This document shows positions 27,584-42,105 of a stretch of 64,000 nt of DNA, piece by piece (position 1 is the first letter of the stretch; every line of letters starts with the position of its first letter). The notes under the pieces are model-generated. The model had not been told where the DNA came from. It worked only from the letters and a program-made list of their open reading frames with translations, and ran no database searches. The DNA is from Octopus vulgaris (lineage: Eukaryota), in assembly GCA_951406725.2 (NCBI GenBank), contig OX597838.1, forward strand, positions 42,904,001 through 42,968,000, in the 5' to 3' direction. A program made the translations under genes and the position numbers.

Positions 27584-28529
27584 GTAAGTTCCATCACTGC
27601 TTATATACGAAACCTTTGTTTTTGTTTACCAACATCACACTAATTCAGCTTGTGATAGCACCTGAAGAAGACGTAATAGTGTATGTGTGTGAGTGTCTGT
27701 ATGTGTTTGTGTGTATGTGTTCGTATCATCACTGTTTTACTGTCCACTATTCCATGCTTGCCTTGATCACACAGAATTCATTGTGGCAGTTTTTCTACAG
27801 CTGGATTCCTTTCCTGTCACAAACCCTTATCTGTTTCCAAGTAAGCTTGTATTTCCCCATGGCCAGACATATGTTCTTCACAGAAGACTGGGAACTAACA
27901 ACATTGTTTGTATGATGGTCATGCTTATTTAGACCCATCACGTGATGTCAAAACAAGAACAGACACACACACACATGTCTACAGCCGTCCTCTTGCCTCC
28001 AGGGAAGCAGACCGCCTTTTCTCTAATGACATGTCAGTTGTAGAGAATCCTTCATTCTTGAGATTATTTTCTCTTCTCATTTGGAGATGGTTGCAATTAG
28101 CACCTGGCAGTAGATGTCATCAGTACAGCTGTTGCCCTACATTGACGCCAGCTGACATCACTACTAGAAAACTGGTACCATTTGTTTCCAATCTTCCATG
28201 AAAACCTGTCAACACCCTGGGAGGAAATATAATCTTACATGCAAACAGGTAATGATTGGTGTTAGAAGTGGCATCTAGCCATATAAAATTTACTTCAACA
28301 TATACTGTCTGACCCATGCAAAAGCAGATGTTAAGAAACCAAACGGAGCATCATTTAAAACTAAAACAAGACTCAAACTCTGTAAAATATCTAATTTGAC
28401 CATTTTGCTGTTTCTGCCAACTTGTGACTCTTTTTAAGCATAAAATGATATTATTAATCTTGGGGCTTTTTTTTTTAGTCTTTTTTGTTTTTCACTGGTT
28501 ATTTTTACTCTACTTTCTTCTCTTTCTAG

Positions 28530-29204
28530 CAACAACATCAAGCTCAAACCCAGCAACAAGTCCATCTACAAAAACAGCAGCCACAGACACACTCGCCTCA
28601 ACAAGTGCATGCTGTACCACAACAAATGCATGTCTCCCAACCGCAATCAAATTCAGTGCAACGGCAGCAGTCACAGTCACCTATGCAGCAGCCCCCACAC
28701 ACGGTGCAACGGCAGTCGCCCTCCCCTCAGAGGCAGACACACACCACTGTGCAACAACAATCACAGTCACCACAGAGACAGCTCCAGTCGCACCCGGTGC
28801 AACTGCCATCCCAGTCGCCACAGCAACTGCCATGCCAGTCTCCCCAGCAGCCACAGTCCCCACATCAACACATACACATTGTACAGCAATCACAACCCCC
28901 CTCTCAGCAACAATTGCAACCAATGCAACAAGTATCACAGCATTCACATTCCCATCCTCAGCCAGCCACATCGCCCCAACAGGCACCAACAGCAGTTGTA
29001 GCGACCACCCAGCCTGCTGCTGCTGCTGCTCCCCTTCAATCAGCTGACTTTATTAAGAAAAATGACAATGTGAAATGTCCCAGTATATTGAACACCCCCC
29101 ACAGTAGAGTTAGCAGTCCGACTGTGAATAACTCAGTCTCCTCTCGGAGTACATCCCCTCCTATTCGAGTACCACAGTACACCATCAGCAAAACTCTTTT
29201 ACAG
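28530..29204 (+). CDS. PHF21A: PHF21A exon: Q/S/P/H-rich low-complexity region (225 codons, phase 0-0)
   Basis: tctttctag|CAA...CAG|gtaact; open frame ending SPPIRVPQYTISKTLLQ (human PQPIKVPQF). Confidence 0.9.
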
Positions 29205-29464
29205 GTAACTTGTCTCTTTTTTTTTTGTTTTATTTGTTTTGTTTTTCTTCTCTTTCAACATAAAATAGATTTCCAATACATTTTTGTATCATTCAATACA
29301 TTATCATTATTATTTTTGTTTTATTCAGCTGAGACCTACTCAGCCTTTTTATTCCTCAGGGGCCTATAAAATAAACTGCCAGTCAAGTACTGGGGTCAAT
29401 GCAATAGATGCTTTCATGAAAAATTCTGGCCTCGTTAGCTAAATGAGAAATCATTATTGAGAAT

Positions 29465-29880
29465 AATGAGCAGTAGAATTATTGGCGCATTGGAAAGAAA
29501 TGATTTGCGGCATTTGTTGTGGCTCTTTATGTTCTGAGTTCAAATCCCACTCATTTTAAGGCAGAGGTTGATAAAATTAAGAACCTGTCAAGTACTGGAG
29601 TTGATGCTATCATCTGACCTCTCCCCTAAAAATTGCTGGCCTTGTGTCTAAATCAAACACCATTATTATTTGTTAAGGCAGCAAGCTAGCAGGATTGTTA
29701 CCAGACAAAATACTTAACAGCATTTTTTGTCAGCTTTACATTCTGAGTTCAAATTCCACCATGGATGATTTTGCTCTCATCTTTTCGGGGTCAGTAAAAT
29801 AAGTATCAGTTGAACCCAGGGGTTAGTGTAATTAACTTTGTCTCTCCCCCCTTCCCCTCATAATGGAAAGCATTATTATC
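29465..29880 (+). mobile_element. Two tandem tRNA-derived SINE copies
   Basis: Each has TTCTGAGTTCAAAT (box-B-like) and the same body as 31387-31608. Confidence 0.65.
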
Positions 29881-31386
29881 TTTGTTTCTCCAAACTCACA
29901 ATGGTTGTCTTCCACCAAAATTTTGTTATTTGAAATTCCAAACACCAGTATAAAAACAATGTTTATTTTTGATAAATTCTTCATTATTTTCAAAATGAAT
30001 TGCCACAAAAGCATAATTCTGTTTCAACAGAATTATGGTAACAAAACAGTTGAAGAGACTCTGTCCTAACCTATATCAACCCTTTTCTAAAATGCAAACA
30101 TCTGTAGGGCTGAAGCATTATTATTGGTTTTAGTAAGCAGTAATAATCAATATTGACCTGACCATGATGTTGTGGAAGTAGATTTTCTCAACAGCAGGAT
30201 TGAACTCTGCAGCACAACTTAACAATTCCACAACACTGTTACTGCATACAGAGTGGTGAATTGTACCTGAAACGAAAGATGCTTAGAGATAAGCAGGGTT
30301 TGATCTTTGAGAGTTGATTAGCCATAGCTAATCAGTTAGGGTGATGACAGAGCATGAGCCACCAGTTCTTTCTCTTTGTCTGTTACCGAACAACAGAATT
30401 GAACTCAGGCTCCAGACACTACAACCTCTATTAAAAAGTAATATAAAACACAGAAACAGCATAATGCCACACTAGATGTTTTAGTGTTTGAGTTTTGTTC
30501 CAGTATTTAGTTAAAATGGTGCTTCGTTGAAAGTGTCCAGCAGTGAGGAAGGGGTCCTTGCTTCAAATACAGGTTGGTAGTAATAAGGACGGGCTACTTG
30601 AATAGCTTTAGATGATGAAGCTTGATTCGAGAGAGTAAACACTTGTTGTATTGAAGACACAGACTCATATTGGATGTTGATTGTGTGGTGAGGATGAGGT
30701 CTAGCAATTAACGGAATAGTATTTTGATTTGGTTATGAATTCTGGTGAGATAGTTCACCATTCCACACTTGGAAAGTCACTTGTATTTACTTTACAGTGA
30801 AACGTAGAATGTAGAATGCAACTTTAACAAATAACAACAATATTGTACATGAAAACAGGGTGGGTGGGGGATAGAGAGGGTCAGACAGAACAGCAGCTTG
30901 TTCTGCAAGAGTCAAGTTTGCCTTTCGTCTCTGATGACTGATTATAATGATTCCAGTCCATTGACTGGAGTCATTATAATCAACTGTTTATGGCACTGTG
31001 TCTGTTTCCAAAGTCAATATTACATTGAGACAAATTTAACTCTTATAATATCAAACCATCTGAGACAACTCTTGTTTCTGTAACACAAACTTCCTGTTTT
31101 AAAATGATATTAACTAAAGCCTGCCATCAAGATTTCAGGTCAATTTTATGTTCCAGATACCAGTTGACGAAAGTAGTTTACTAAATTATTATTTTTAAAA
31201 CTAATCAAATCAAAAGTAGTGTATTTCTATAGAAATACTATGAGTACAATAATCTCCAACTCTGTAAAGACAAAGTTTCATAGCTACTACATCTTGTATT
31301 GTCCAAACTACATCTCGGACATTTAGTTCTTAGCAATTGTGTATAATATTGCTAGACTTGATTTTTCTCTTCAAAATAAGGAAATT

Positions 31387-31608
31387 AAGCAGCGAGTTGG
31401 CAGAAACGTTAGCACACTGGGCAAAATGCTTAGCAATATTTCGTCTGTCTTTACATTCTGAGTTCAAATTCCACCGAGGTTGACTTTGCCTTACATCCTT
31501 TAGGGGTCGATAAATTCAGTACCAGTTACATATTGGGGTTGATCTAATCGACTGGTGTGCCCCACCTCCAAAAATTTCAGGCCTTGTGCCTAGAGTGGAA
31601 AAAAAAAA
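31387..31608 (+). mobile_element. Near full-length tRNA-derived SINE
   Basis: GAGTTGGCAGAA (box-A-like) ... GAGTTCAAATTCC (box B) ... CATCCTTTAGGGGTCGATAAA ... GGCCTTGTGCC then A tail; further copies near 6140-6340 (-), 26790-26990 (-), 50380-50540 (+), 60700-60930 (+). Confidence 0.75.
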
Positions 31609-34299
31609 GGAAATAATTCAGCATTCAAAGGTCAACACTGCTGACCTTTGAAACTCAGGTTCAACGTACATTCGAGTACTGCTCACCCATAAACAAATAT
31701 CTCTGACGAAGCTACATCGTTTGATAAATAAAAATATTTACTTAATAGTGTCACACTACAACCACCACTCCACAAATACACTGTTTCCTCCCCGTCTCTC
31801 TTCTACTTCTAATGACTTCTCTTTTAAACTAACAGACTGCATCCTACCTCTACCCAAGTCCATGGACACTTGTTATCCTTACTTTGTCTCAACTCTATTC
31901 AAAACCAGTCCTTTCTACCTAGAATCACAGAGTTTTCAAACTTACACACTAACTCCATTTCTTCCTCAAGCATCAACCAGAAGGCACTTCGTTGGTTGTG
32001 ACACTGAATGTTCCAGTTGATCTGGTCAGTGGAACAGCCAGCTGCTCGTGAAATTAACATGCAGTGGCTGAGTACTCCACAGACACCTGTGTACCCTTAA
32101 TGTAGTTCCCAGGGAGATTCAGCATGACACAGAATGTGACATAGCTGGCCCCTTTGAAATACAAGTACAACTCATTTTTGCCAGCTGAGTGGACTGGAGC
32201 AACGTGAAATAAAGTGCCTTGCTCAAGGACACATCACATTGCCAGGAATCAAACTTTCGACCCAACAGTTGTGAGTTGACCACATAACCTTTCTACCTTC
32301 ACAGCATCAATTAACTTGCAAGATGAATGTCAACCACATCAATCTCACTTGTGTGGGAGAGCTTGTTATGGTCATGAGATCTGCCCCTCCTCTTTCCCTT
32401 ACATAATATATCTACACACACACATACATATTGGCATTAGGAAGGGCATCCAGCTATAGAAGCCATTATTAAATCAGACATTAAAGCCTGGTGCAATCTT
32501 CTGACTTGCCACTTCCTGTCCATTCTATGCCAGAATGCAAAACAGATGTTAAATGATGGTGATGCTGGTGGTCTGGTGGTGATGATGATGATGATCATCA
32601 TTTATCATCTGTGCTCCATACAGACATGGATTGGTCAGTTAGTGAGCCAGAGGACTCACCAAGTTCCAATGTCTGCTTTGGCATGGTTTCTACAGCTGGA
32701 TGCCCTTCCTAATGCCAACCATTTCACAGGATGTACTGGGTAGTTTTTACATGGTACCAACAGTAAAGAGGTAACCAAATAACCCCTAAGACAAAATCCC
32801 TCAACTGTGGAGGAAGTAGTGCTGAGGGAGGTGGCTTTTTGCTGGATAGGGTGACAGGAACAGGTTATCTTGCTGTAGGGGAGACATATGGTTACCCCAA
32901 GAGGAAGAGGATGGTGAAGATGTATCTGGGCTTAACTTCAAGTTTAGGAAGGGGAATGAAGAGAAATGGTATGGGTGGGTAAGTTTGTGGGAGTGTAAAG
33001 GGCAAGGGGCAGATGGATAAGGGGAGGTGGTGGTGAACATGGATGGAGACAAGGTCAATCTTTAATATCTGTTGGAGGGGAAGATGGAGGAAGTAGGTGG
33101 GGTCTGGGCGGTAAAAGGTGGCAGTAAGATGGTGCGAAGTGGGAGGGGCAGGTGTGCAAGAGAGAGGCACAGTAGTTGGGGGTGAAGTCAGAGGTACATA
33201 AGGGTGAAAATGGTGGGAGATGGACAGAAGCAATAAGGGGAGGGCTGCTGCTGTACAGAGGAAAGGGAGCTGAAGGAAGCATACAGCAGAATACAAAGGT
33301 AAGGGATTTTACCAAGAGTGCATAAACAGGTGGGTGTCGAGACGATGAGTAGTGGGGTGGATGATAGCTAAAAGAGTTGTGGGTTCGTCAGGGATGGATT
33401 AGGTGTATAGACAATGGATTGTTGGGATGGGAGGGAAGGCAGGTTCATCCAGATCAGCTTGGGTGCAGGGGTACAGACGTAGGCAACACGTTTTTGCTTA
33501 GGTGGACATGTCTTCTCAAGCACAGCAAACCGCCTATCATCCCTATCCTTTGTCACCTCCTTTGTGAAACTTAACATCTGCAGATCATGCTTTACCACTA
33601 CATCCATGTTTTCCTGGGTCTCCTTCCTTGCGTTCCTTCCACATTTAGTGATCACTACTTGTTTATGTGGCTGTCCTCATCTATACACATCGTCCCATGG
33701 CCATACCTGTGCTGGCTTCTCTCTTGCACACTGTGATGCCTCTTTAGCCTAATTTTTATCTCAACTCATTCACATTTTGTCATACAAGTACACTGGCATT
33801 GCACATTCAGCAGAGCATGCTAGCTTCATTTCTTTCAAGCTTTCACGTGTCCCCTGCATTCACAGACCGTCTTTGTACACAAGCATCATACACTCTGCCT
33901 TTCACTCCCTCTATGTTTGTTACAAATGTTTATTATGTAGTCATGCCGTTTGATATGAAGTGAGAAACTTGCTTAATCAATGTGAAGTTGTTATGACTTG
34001 GAATCAAATCCTAGTTGCTTATTCAGTCTGCAACCCACAAGACACCTTCCACTGCTTATTTTCATGTTCATATCTTCGTTAAACATGAAGCTTTTGCAGA
34101 CAGTTAACTGGAAAGCTCTGACTTTTGTGATTTTCTCAATAGTTTAAACAATGTAAATAAAGTAACTCGAATCCAGTGCTGTAGGCTTCACTGTCTGAGA
34201 AATTCCAAGAATCCACAGTTGACAGTTATTTTATTTCAACTCTTTTATCTCTCATTACACTAATGCTACGTATATTAATGATTTCTTACACTAAGCTCA

Positions 34300-36330
34300 T
34301 GGCCAAGTTTTGAGTAACAGCTATCATATAATGAGTTATTGGCTTTGTACTTAATGAAAGAAATTGGTGGGTTTTGCACTTATGTTGAGTCTACTTCTGC
34401 CACTCACCTCTCGCTTGGATTCACTTCTCTGTAGTCATTTGCTTTACTGACCTCAATGCTTACAACCTTTCCTGGTCTTCTCTCTCATCCTGTATTAATG
34501 CGACCAGTGCAGATGCTGAAACTTTTGCTGTTTCCATCTCCTTAAATGAATTAATTTTACCTCTAAACACAGCCACTCTGAAATATCTTTGATCTCTTCT
34601 CACTTCCAAACTTAACCTCTACTAAATCCTCAGAGTCTTTGCTTCTATCGGATCTTCTAACTACTGCCTTAGCTCAGCTATCCAACCATACAGCCATATA
34701 CTATGCAATGCTCTCACCTGTTGGACCCTTTGTTGCTTCAAGTCAGCTGATTGGTTGGCACTTCACTGATTTTATTTACCTGTCTTCCCTGGTAGCACAT
34801 GTACTTCATCCCTGACCTTTCAGAAATAGCAAAGTAGGCATCTGTCTACAGCCTACACACTCGGGCAAAACTCTTGCCCATCACTCCTTAAAAAATGGTT
34901 CATGTTATACTACAGCAGTTCCAGTAAAAATCATCCACTTCAACAAACTGGACACCTTTTGCCGAGCATCGCAACTCCTTGCAAGACCATTATCCAAAAC
35001 AGAAACGATGCCTTCACTCATTGTACAGCTCACAAAGTCTTCTACTTCCCAAACTGTAGCTGATCCTTTTGATCCCTTACAAAATCTTTCTTCCACCCAC
35101 CATTCACCTACGATGTTTCTATAAGCTTTACCCCTTCAGAGAAAGCCTTCACATTTCTTGTCCACTTTACCTTCAACTCCACATTGCCTACACTAAGTAA
35201 ATCTCCTTGAAGCTTTACCAAGCTTGCTTCTCTCTACAGTTATGCCAAATACAAAAACTCTTTTGGCCATTTTAGACCATGAAGTCCACCAGCTTGGACT
35301 ATGAACCTTCCATTATTCTCAAACAATGTGCCATAGAGCTAGTCCCTAACCCACACAAGTGTCTACCCTAAACTTTGAAAATATAACAGTGTGTCCCATT
35401 TTCAAAAACACTCCTTTCTGATATTGCTGAGGTGTTGTACTTCTTGGAAACTCCTGTCCCCCTGACTAACAACATCTCAAAGGTGATGGAGAGAATCATT
35501 AACAGCTACATTCTTTAATGTCTGTCTCCTTTTTTTTTTTGCCCTTTTAATCACTATTATTATGGCCTTTATAAAGCCACAGCTACCAAAGAACTATTTG
35601 TCAGTCACTCACCAGTAGGTCCTTGTCCTCAAAAATTTTGGTCCAAATATTATTGTTGCACTTGACACCAGCAACATTCAACAGTATCTGGTATGTGAAT
35701 CTCTAGGCCCAAAACTGCCAACCCCTGGGCTCCCTTCGCCTCACGGATTGGAAGGTTCCTGTTTGGTGACACCATTGCAATGAGCACTGATAGACCTCAC
35801 TGACCCATACTCCATCATCTCTAGTATGTTACACTCTTCTTCCTCTCACCTCCACCAATGCCCATTTCAACTTAGATGATGCCACCCTTCAGTCCTCCCT
35901 ACCCTTCCGTCTCCCAACATCATCCGCATTCAACCTAGACACCTCTCATGAAACCTGCACTGACTTCACGAACAGAGAGGAGGGTTGTTCCCATCTCATC
36001 TCCATCAATAGCACCAAAGGTATAGCCATGAGCAACATGCCACTGGAACCTTCAAATGCTGGGCCTCAGTCACATGCAGGGTCTCCCCCTGCATGTTCTC
36101 AACATAGTAAACATTGGATCAAAGACTGACCTTTCTCTCTAGGTCCAGAAAATATTTCAGCTCCCAGCAACTATTAACCCTTTACAAAGCTAAATGAGAC
36201 CTTCGATGGAATATTGCACATTTGTGACAGTACTGCTGGTATCCTCGACTGTATCTCCCAAAAGCCACCCTAAATACAGGCATCAAGTCAGACTCCGACC
36301 TATGACCCACTGACATGTCTAATGTTCCTC
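34300..36330 (+). mobile_element. Decayed CR1/L2/Jockey-group LINE ORF2 fragment
   Basis: Degenerate RT motifs in order: VALD..(A)F...W near 35655, DDATL near 35875 (YADD region), PSMEYC near 36200; many stops and frameshifts. Boundaries approximate. Confidence 0.6.
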
Positions 36331-37746
36331 ACAAGAAGAACATTAGCCATGTCAAGACAGCTTGCTATGGTCATAAGCACAAACCCTTTCTCCAGCCATA
36401 ACCAATAAGATAAATGTGCGTGTGTGTCTGTGTTGAACAAAACTATGACAAGATGGTCATGGTTGGAATACCTTTGATCATACATCTGCTCCATCAGAAC
36501 TTTTTAGGGACAACTATAATATATCTTTTATTGAAATTCCCAAAAGCACATGAAAGGCAAAAATGCAGCATTGTTGGGGGTATAAACTGAGAATGTAGAG
36601 GATCATTTAGTCCAGTAATTTATAATTTTTCCAACTCGTTGCCTTATAATCAGGTCCAGTCTAATTATCATAGAACTGGGGTATAGTTGACTGAATGAAT
36701 TTCAGTATATTACTCAGACCTGGCTGGGTGGTTAAGAAGTTTGTTTCACTACCTCATTGTTTTGAGTACAGTCCTATCTTGAGTCTTCTACTATAGCCCT
36801 GGGTGGTGAGGAGGGGATGGCAACGGGTAGTGTCAGAGCTATGCCATCGGGAACTTCGGTTCCTGGTAGGGCCACACAAGGCGGATTGGTTTGACACCGA
36901 GTGGTATTAGGGCCACAACCCAGCAGACAGGGCTCTGGTGAAAATTTTCGGAGTGTCTGTTCCAGCAACCGGTAGCTCCTCAGTCGTTCTGTCCCTGCGT
37001 CTGCAGACAATCTGCGGCAAACAGGATGTCTCTACATGTGGGATTGTTGGGGACCGCTTGTGAAATCCACTTATTCCCACGAAACTTCTTCCACTGCCAT
37101 GGTTCGAGATGCCTCGAGGGTGGCAGAAGAAGCCAACTCAACCCAAGCAGGGTGAATGTCACCACAAGTACAAGTAAATAAGTACCTAGGCAGACCAAGC
37201 CTTTGTGGGTGGATCTGGTAGGCAGAAACTGAAAGAAGCCTGACATGTTTGTGTGAGTTCATGCTTCCCTCATCTTCATATGCCTTTGCTTGCTCGTTGT
37301 AAACAAAGACTTCATTGGCTGCCATTTGCTTTCCAGTTCCTCCATGGAAACATGTCTGGGCTGTTTGTTGTTCAATACATTTGGAAGTTATTCCCTGGGT
37401 GGGTAACCTGGGTGAGTTGAGGATAGAAATGCATCTGGCTGTAGAAAACTCTATCCATTCACACTCGTTTGACCCATTGCAAATATGGGGAAATATATGC
37501 TAAAACAATGAGGATGACAATAACTTCAGGCTGAGGGTCAGATATGGAACCATGTAAGCATTTACTCAACCATTATCCTATTTCTGCCCATTCATTATAT
37601 GTACTTATTAAAAAATAACTTGTGGTTTACAAAATTCTTTATCTCTGTGTTAGAATATTTTTTGTTTTCTCTTTTGTATTATTTGAAACTGTGAAATGTA
37701 TTGTGTCTTAAGTTTACCAATGTTTGTTTTTTTTGTTTTTTTACAG

Positions 37747-37896
37747 AATAAAAACCAAATGGCACCCCCCAATGTACTTCCACCAAAGCGAACTTGTACA
37801 GAAACTGAATTAGGAGATATCAAGAAAACTGTTGATAAAAAACCACCTATAACTTGTGACGAAAAAAATGTGAAAAGTAGCCAAAACATGTTGCGA
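37747..37896 (+). CDS. PHF21A: PHF21A exon (50 codons, phase 0-0)
   Basis: Long T tract ttacag|AAT...CGA|gtaagt; NKNQMAPPNVLPPKRTCTETELGDIKKTVDKKPPITCDEKNVKSSQNMLR; frame-compatible with neighbours, little direct homology. Confidence 0.82.
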
Positions 37897-40543
37897 GTAA
37901 GTTGACCTTGTTTTTATTTGCTGCACTTGAATGAGAATTATTTGTTAACCGATAGAGACAGTCTTGCTAGCAATTCCTCACAGCTGAATAGAACTGAAAC
38001 AATGTAGAATGAATTAAGTTCCCTGTCCAGTAATAGATGGGTTAGTGAACTGATTTGGCTGCAAATTAGAAAGCTGGTCAGGGAGAAGGTTTTTGAAAAA
38101 TTCTGAGGAAAGGAAAATTCCAGCTGAGAGATTTGATGTAAAGAGAGGCAGAATGCAATAAAAAAAATCTTTCTCTATGGGAAAAGTTTTGGGGTTTAAG
38201 AGATTACAGGCTTGAAAACAAGGAAATGAGAAAGTGCATTGAGCTACATGTGTCGTTGGTCAGTGCTAATTATACAACAGTCTGGTCACTAAATATTCCG
38301 TCAACAGAGAGAGGTGATTTGTACATCAATGACAATCTAGAGACCTGCTACACACCAAAGAATGGCTCCCTGTCACTGGTTCTCTTTATACTTTATATAA
38401 ATTGCTAACGGTACTTTTCACCATTGATATGATTTTAAATCAACAAATGCAGAATTCCTAAATGATAGTTCTCAAAATAGTCTTGGAATATGTCTTGTAT
38501 ATAAAAAGAGAAGGTAGTTTACCATATTGAATAACATTGAAACAGAATTGGTAAGAAGTGAAAACAATTCCAAAACACTGGGTCCAAATGTTGAAAAACG
38601 TATATTTGAGGGAAATGCTGATGGTAACCACATTCATATTAACCTGATTTCTGTGGTTGAGGCATTGACTCATGCAAAAGATCCTGCTCTGGGCAACACA
38701 AGCTGATGGGAGAACTTGTATGCCATCACTCACTTGACCTGCTAGAAACAGCAGCCAAATGAGATTAAATTGAGTAGTGTAGTTTTTGTGTAGCAAAAAC
38801 TTAAGATGGTCATGGTTGACTTGAGCTAAGACCATGGTCAGTGCTACAAAGATTCTTTGTCCAATGAAGTATCATCTGTTACCACCTGTCTCCCTTTACA
38901 GCTGGAGGCCTCCTCCTTAAAACCTACAAAGACTTGAGAGAGTTTCAGAAAAATAGACATAAAACATAAAGGTTGAAGGGACTTAATAAGGGGCCACTCT
39001 TAATGCAGCCATCTTCAGCAGAGCAACAATACTTTGAGGACAGAAAGGATTCTCATTCACCAAGAACTAAGTTCAAAATGTTGAGAATCTAATAAATCTT
39101 CATTTTTTGATTTTACTTCTTAAGGAAATGGTTCTTGATGGTGTAAACCAATGGCTCTCTCTCTCTCTCTCCTCACATTTCATCTAGCAATCTGCTACAA
39201 CCTCAAGCACATTGATGCTCTCCATGTAGTTTCTCTTTCTGTCTCAGCTGTTTCTCTTTCTTTCCTCTTCTCATAAGTGTTTGTTTGTTTAGTTTTTAAC
39301 TCTTTTTTTTTTTTATGCTAGTACGGGTTACACGGATGTATTTCTCAGACATTGATTTACAACCAGATGCCCTTCCTGTCACTAGTCCTTACCTATTTTT
39401 AAATAAGAAAGCACTTATTGTCTCTTATTTCACATCTCTTCAAAGGACAAAACCAGCAGATAATGTTTTGGCAACAGATATAATATTATCACTGCTTGTA
39501 ACTCACAATTTCAGAGAAGCACAAACGTAAACACTCACACACACACACACACGCGCGTTTGCATACGTGAAGTGTTATTTTCTTGTTTTAATTATTTTAA
39601 AAAGTTTTTTGTCTACTTGTATAGGTGAATTGCAATGTTCTTGTAATAAGCAGTTTTCCGTTTACAAATCCATCTTCTTTTCTGATCTTAACTTCTCCCT
39701 CGCATCCTTTCACATTTGTGAACACACATTCACAGTCTCTCACTATTTACATCTATTATAGATTGCTCTTCCTCCTCCAACTAACTGGTTTTTCTCTTCC
39801 TTGTTTGTCCCAATGTTTGTGTGTGTCTGTTTATATCAGTGTATATGTTTACAAACATAGCTTTATTATGTGGATAAACAAATTAGATATAACAGTCTGA
39901 GTTTGATATATAAAATCTATATATATGTAAACAGGCAAACAGAATGAAAGCAAAGACTGAAGGTTTCCAGACGATGAATATTTAAGTATAAACATAAGAG
40001 ATGTTTATATATCGGTAGATCAAACTTACACAGAGTACAAACAACAGAGAAATTTAAACTGTCCCTTAATCCATTGCAGACTTTCAGAGCAACTCTTTGC
40101 AATTTGTTTTTGAATTAATGCTTAACCCCTTACTGTCGCTTCCCATCCAACTTAACATCTTTGTTAGGGTTCTTCACATCTCACTAAAACACCTACACCT
40201 GTTATCCTCTTTTCTCCCTTATGCTTCCCTTTATTCCTGTCCAGCATTCTTGACTTCAAAGAAAGTCATCCATTAAAACATCAATACACGTCTCCCCACA
40301 GCCTCCATACAAACTCATCTCTGTCCCTAAACTGTACTAAATGACTTTTCACCAAAACACAACCCTGCTTAGGTATTTATGTCATGAATAGGTAAGGTAT
40401 TTTCTGCAATGCACTTAATTCCACTTGCCTAAGTTTACCTAGATGCTGTAGTTAGCCTTAATAGAGAAGATGTATGAACAAAGAGACGTTCTAGCCATAA
40501 TTGTCCCTACTTTTTTGTTAGATGTAGAGGTGAAATTTGAGGG

Positions 40544-40937
<394 letters not shown>

Positions 40938-42053
40938 CTGTGCTTTAGAAGACTCGTCAGGCCAAGTGAAATCTGAAGTTGTGGCCATTGCCGGTGTCAT
41001 GTAAGCAGCACCCATTACACTCCTGGAGTGGTTGGCATTAGGAAGGGCATCCAGCCATAGAAACCATGCCAAATCAGAGTGGAACCTGGTGCAGCTCTCT
41101 GACTTGTCAAACCATCTAACCCATGCCAGCATGGAAAGCGGATGTTTGAGGATGAGGATATGAGTAGGCATGGCTGTATAATTCAGAATTTCCTTTTTCA
41201 ACCACGTGGTTTCAGATTCAGTCCCACCTTGTATAAATGTTTTCTACTCTAGCCTATGGCTGACTAGTGTCCTGTGAGTGGAATTAAGTAAACGGAAATT
41301 GTATGGGAGCCTGTCGTGAGTGTGTGTATGAATGTTGGCATTCCATGGTTTCACTTGTCACTGCCAGAGTGGAATGGTAATGTGATGTTTACATTCCTTG
41401 TTGGCATTACACCCAATTGCTCAGCGCTTTTAAAGACCAATGCCATAAAATCTCTGTTACTTGGAAAGCCAGTTAGTATATATATATATATATATATATA
41501 TATACGTACACATGTATGCATACATGTAGGTATGTGTGTGTGTGTGAACCATGGTTATTTAGTTAAACAGCTCACTTCCCAACCACATTTTCAGGTTCAA
41601 TCCTGGTGTACGACACCTTGTTCAGGTGTCAGGACCAACAGGATGAAAATACATTACATGGAAAACAAATAAAGGTTTGCCATTGGGAAGAGTTTCCAGT
41701 CATATAAAATCTTTCTTGACAAACTTCATCCGATCCATGCCAGTACTGAAAAATGGATGTAAAAACGACAGTGGTGACGCCATGCATGTGTTTGTGTCTC
41801 CTCTTTCTCACACACACACACACACACATACGTATGTGACTCCTGTAGTGTTGTAGTAATGATCAGAAGCATAGGGAAGATAGCCCTGGTGTTTAAATTC
41901 ATTCCAAATAGATAAGAATCGGTGAATCAGTGACAGTTCAGTGAACTTTATTCCTGCCTCAGTTATTTTTCAATTTCAGTTGATTATGAAAATTCCTTTA
42001 TTTTGTCACGGTGCCATTCTTGTGCTCATTTTTCGTTTTGCTTCTATTTCCAG

Positions 42054-42105
42054 AAACTGCAGTATATGGCTTCTCTAGATTTAGTTACACCCGAAACATT
42101 AAAAG
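42054..42105 (+). CDS. PHF21A: PHF21A exon (phase 0-1)
   Basis: tttccag|AAA...AAA G|gttggt; KLQYMASLDLVTPETLK versus human KLAFMVSLGLVTHDHLE. Confidence 0.92.

Noticed and set aside
28424-29047. 207-aa ORF resembling a signal peptide plus Thr/Ala-rich mucin
   Set aside because: The hydrophobic start is the translated polypyrimidine tract and the T/A-rich body is the shifted frame of CAA/CAG codons of the real exon; low T content keeps all frames open.
29205-29369. Hydrophobic C-terminal extension of the 254-aa ORF
   Set aside because: Read-through past a good CAG|GTAACT donor into T-rich intron.
31387-31480. tRNA gene suggested by box A/B-like motifs
   Set aside because: No cloverleaf; it is the head of a multicopy SINE.
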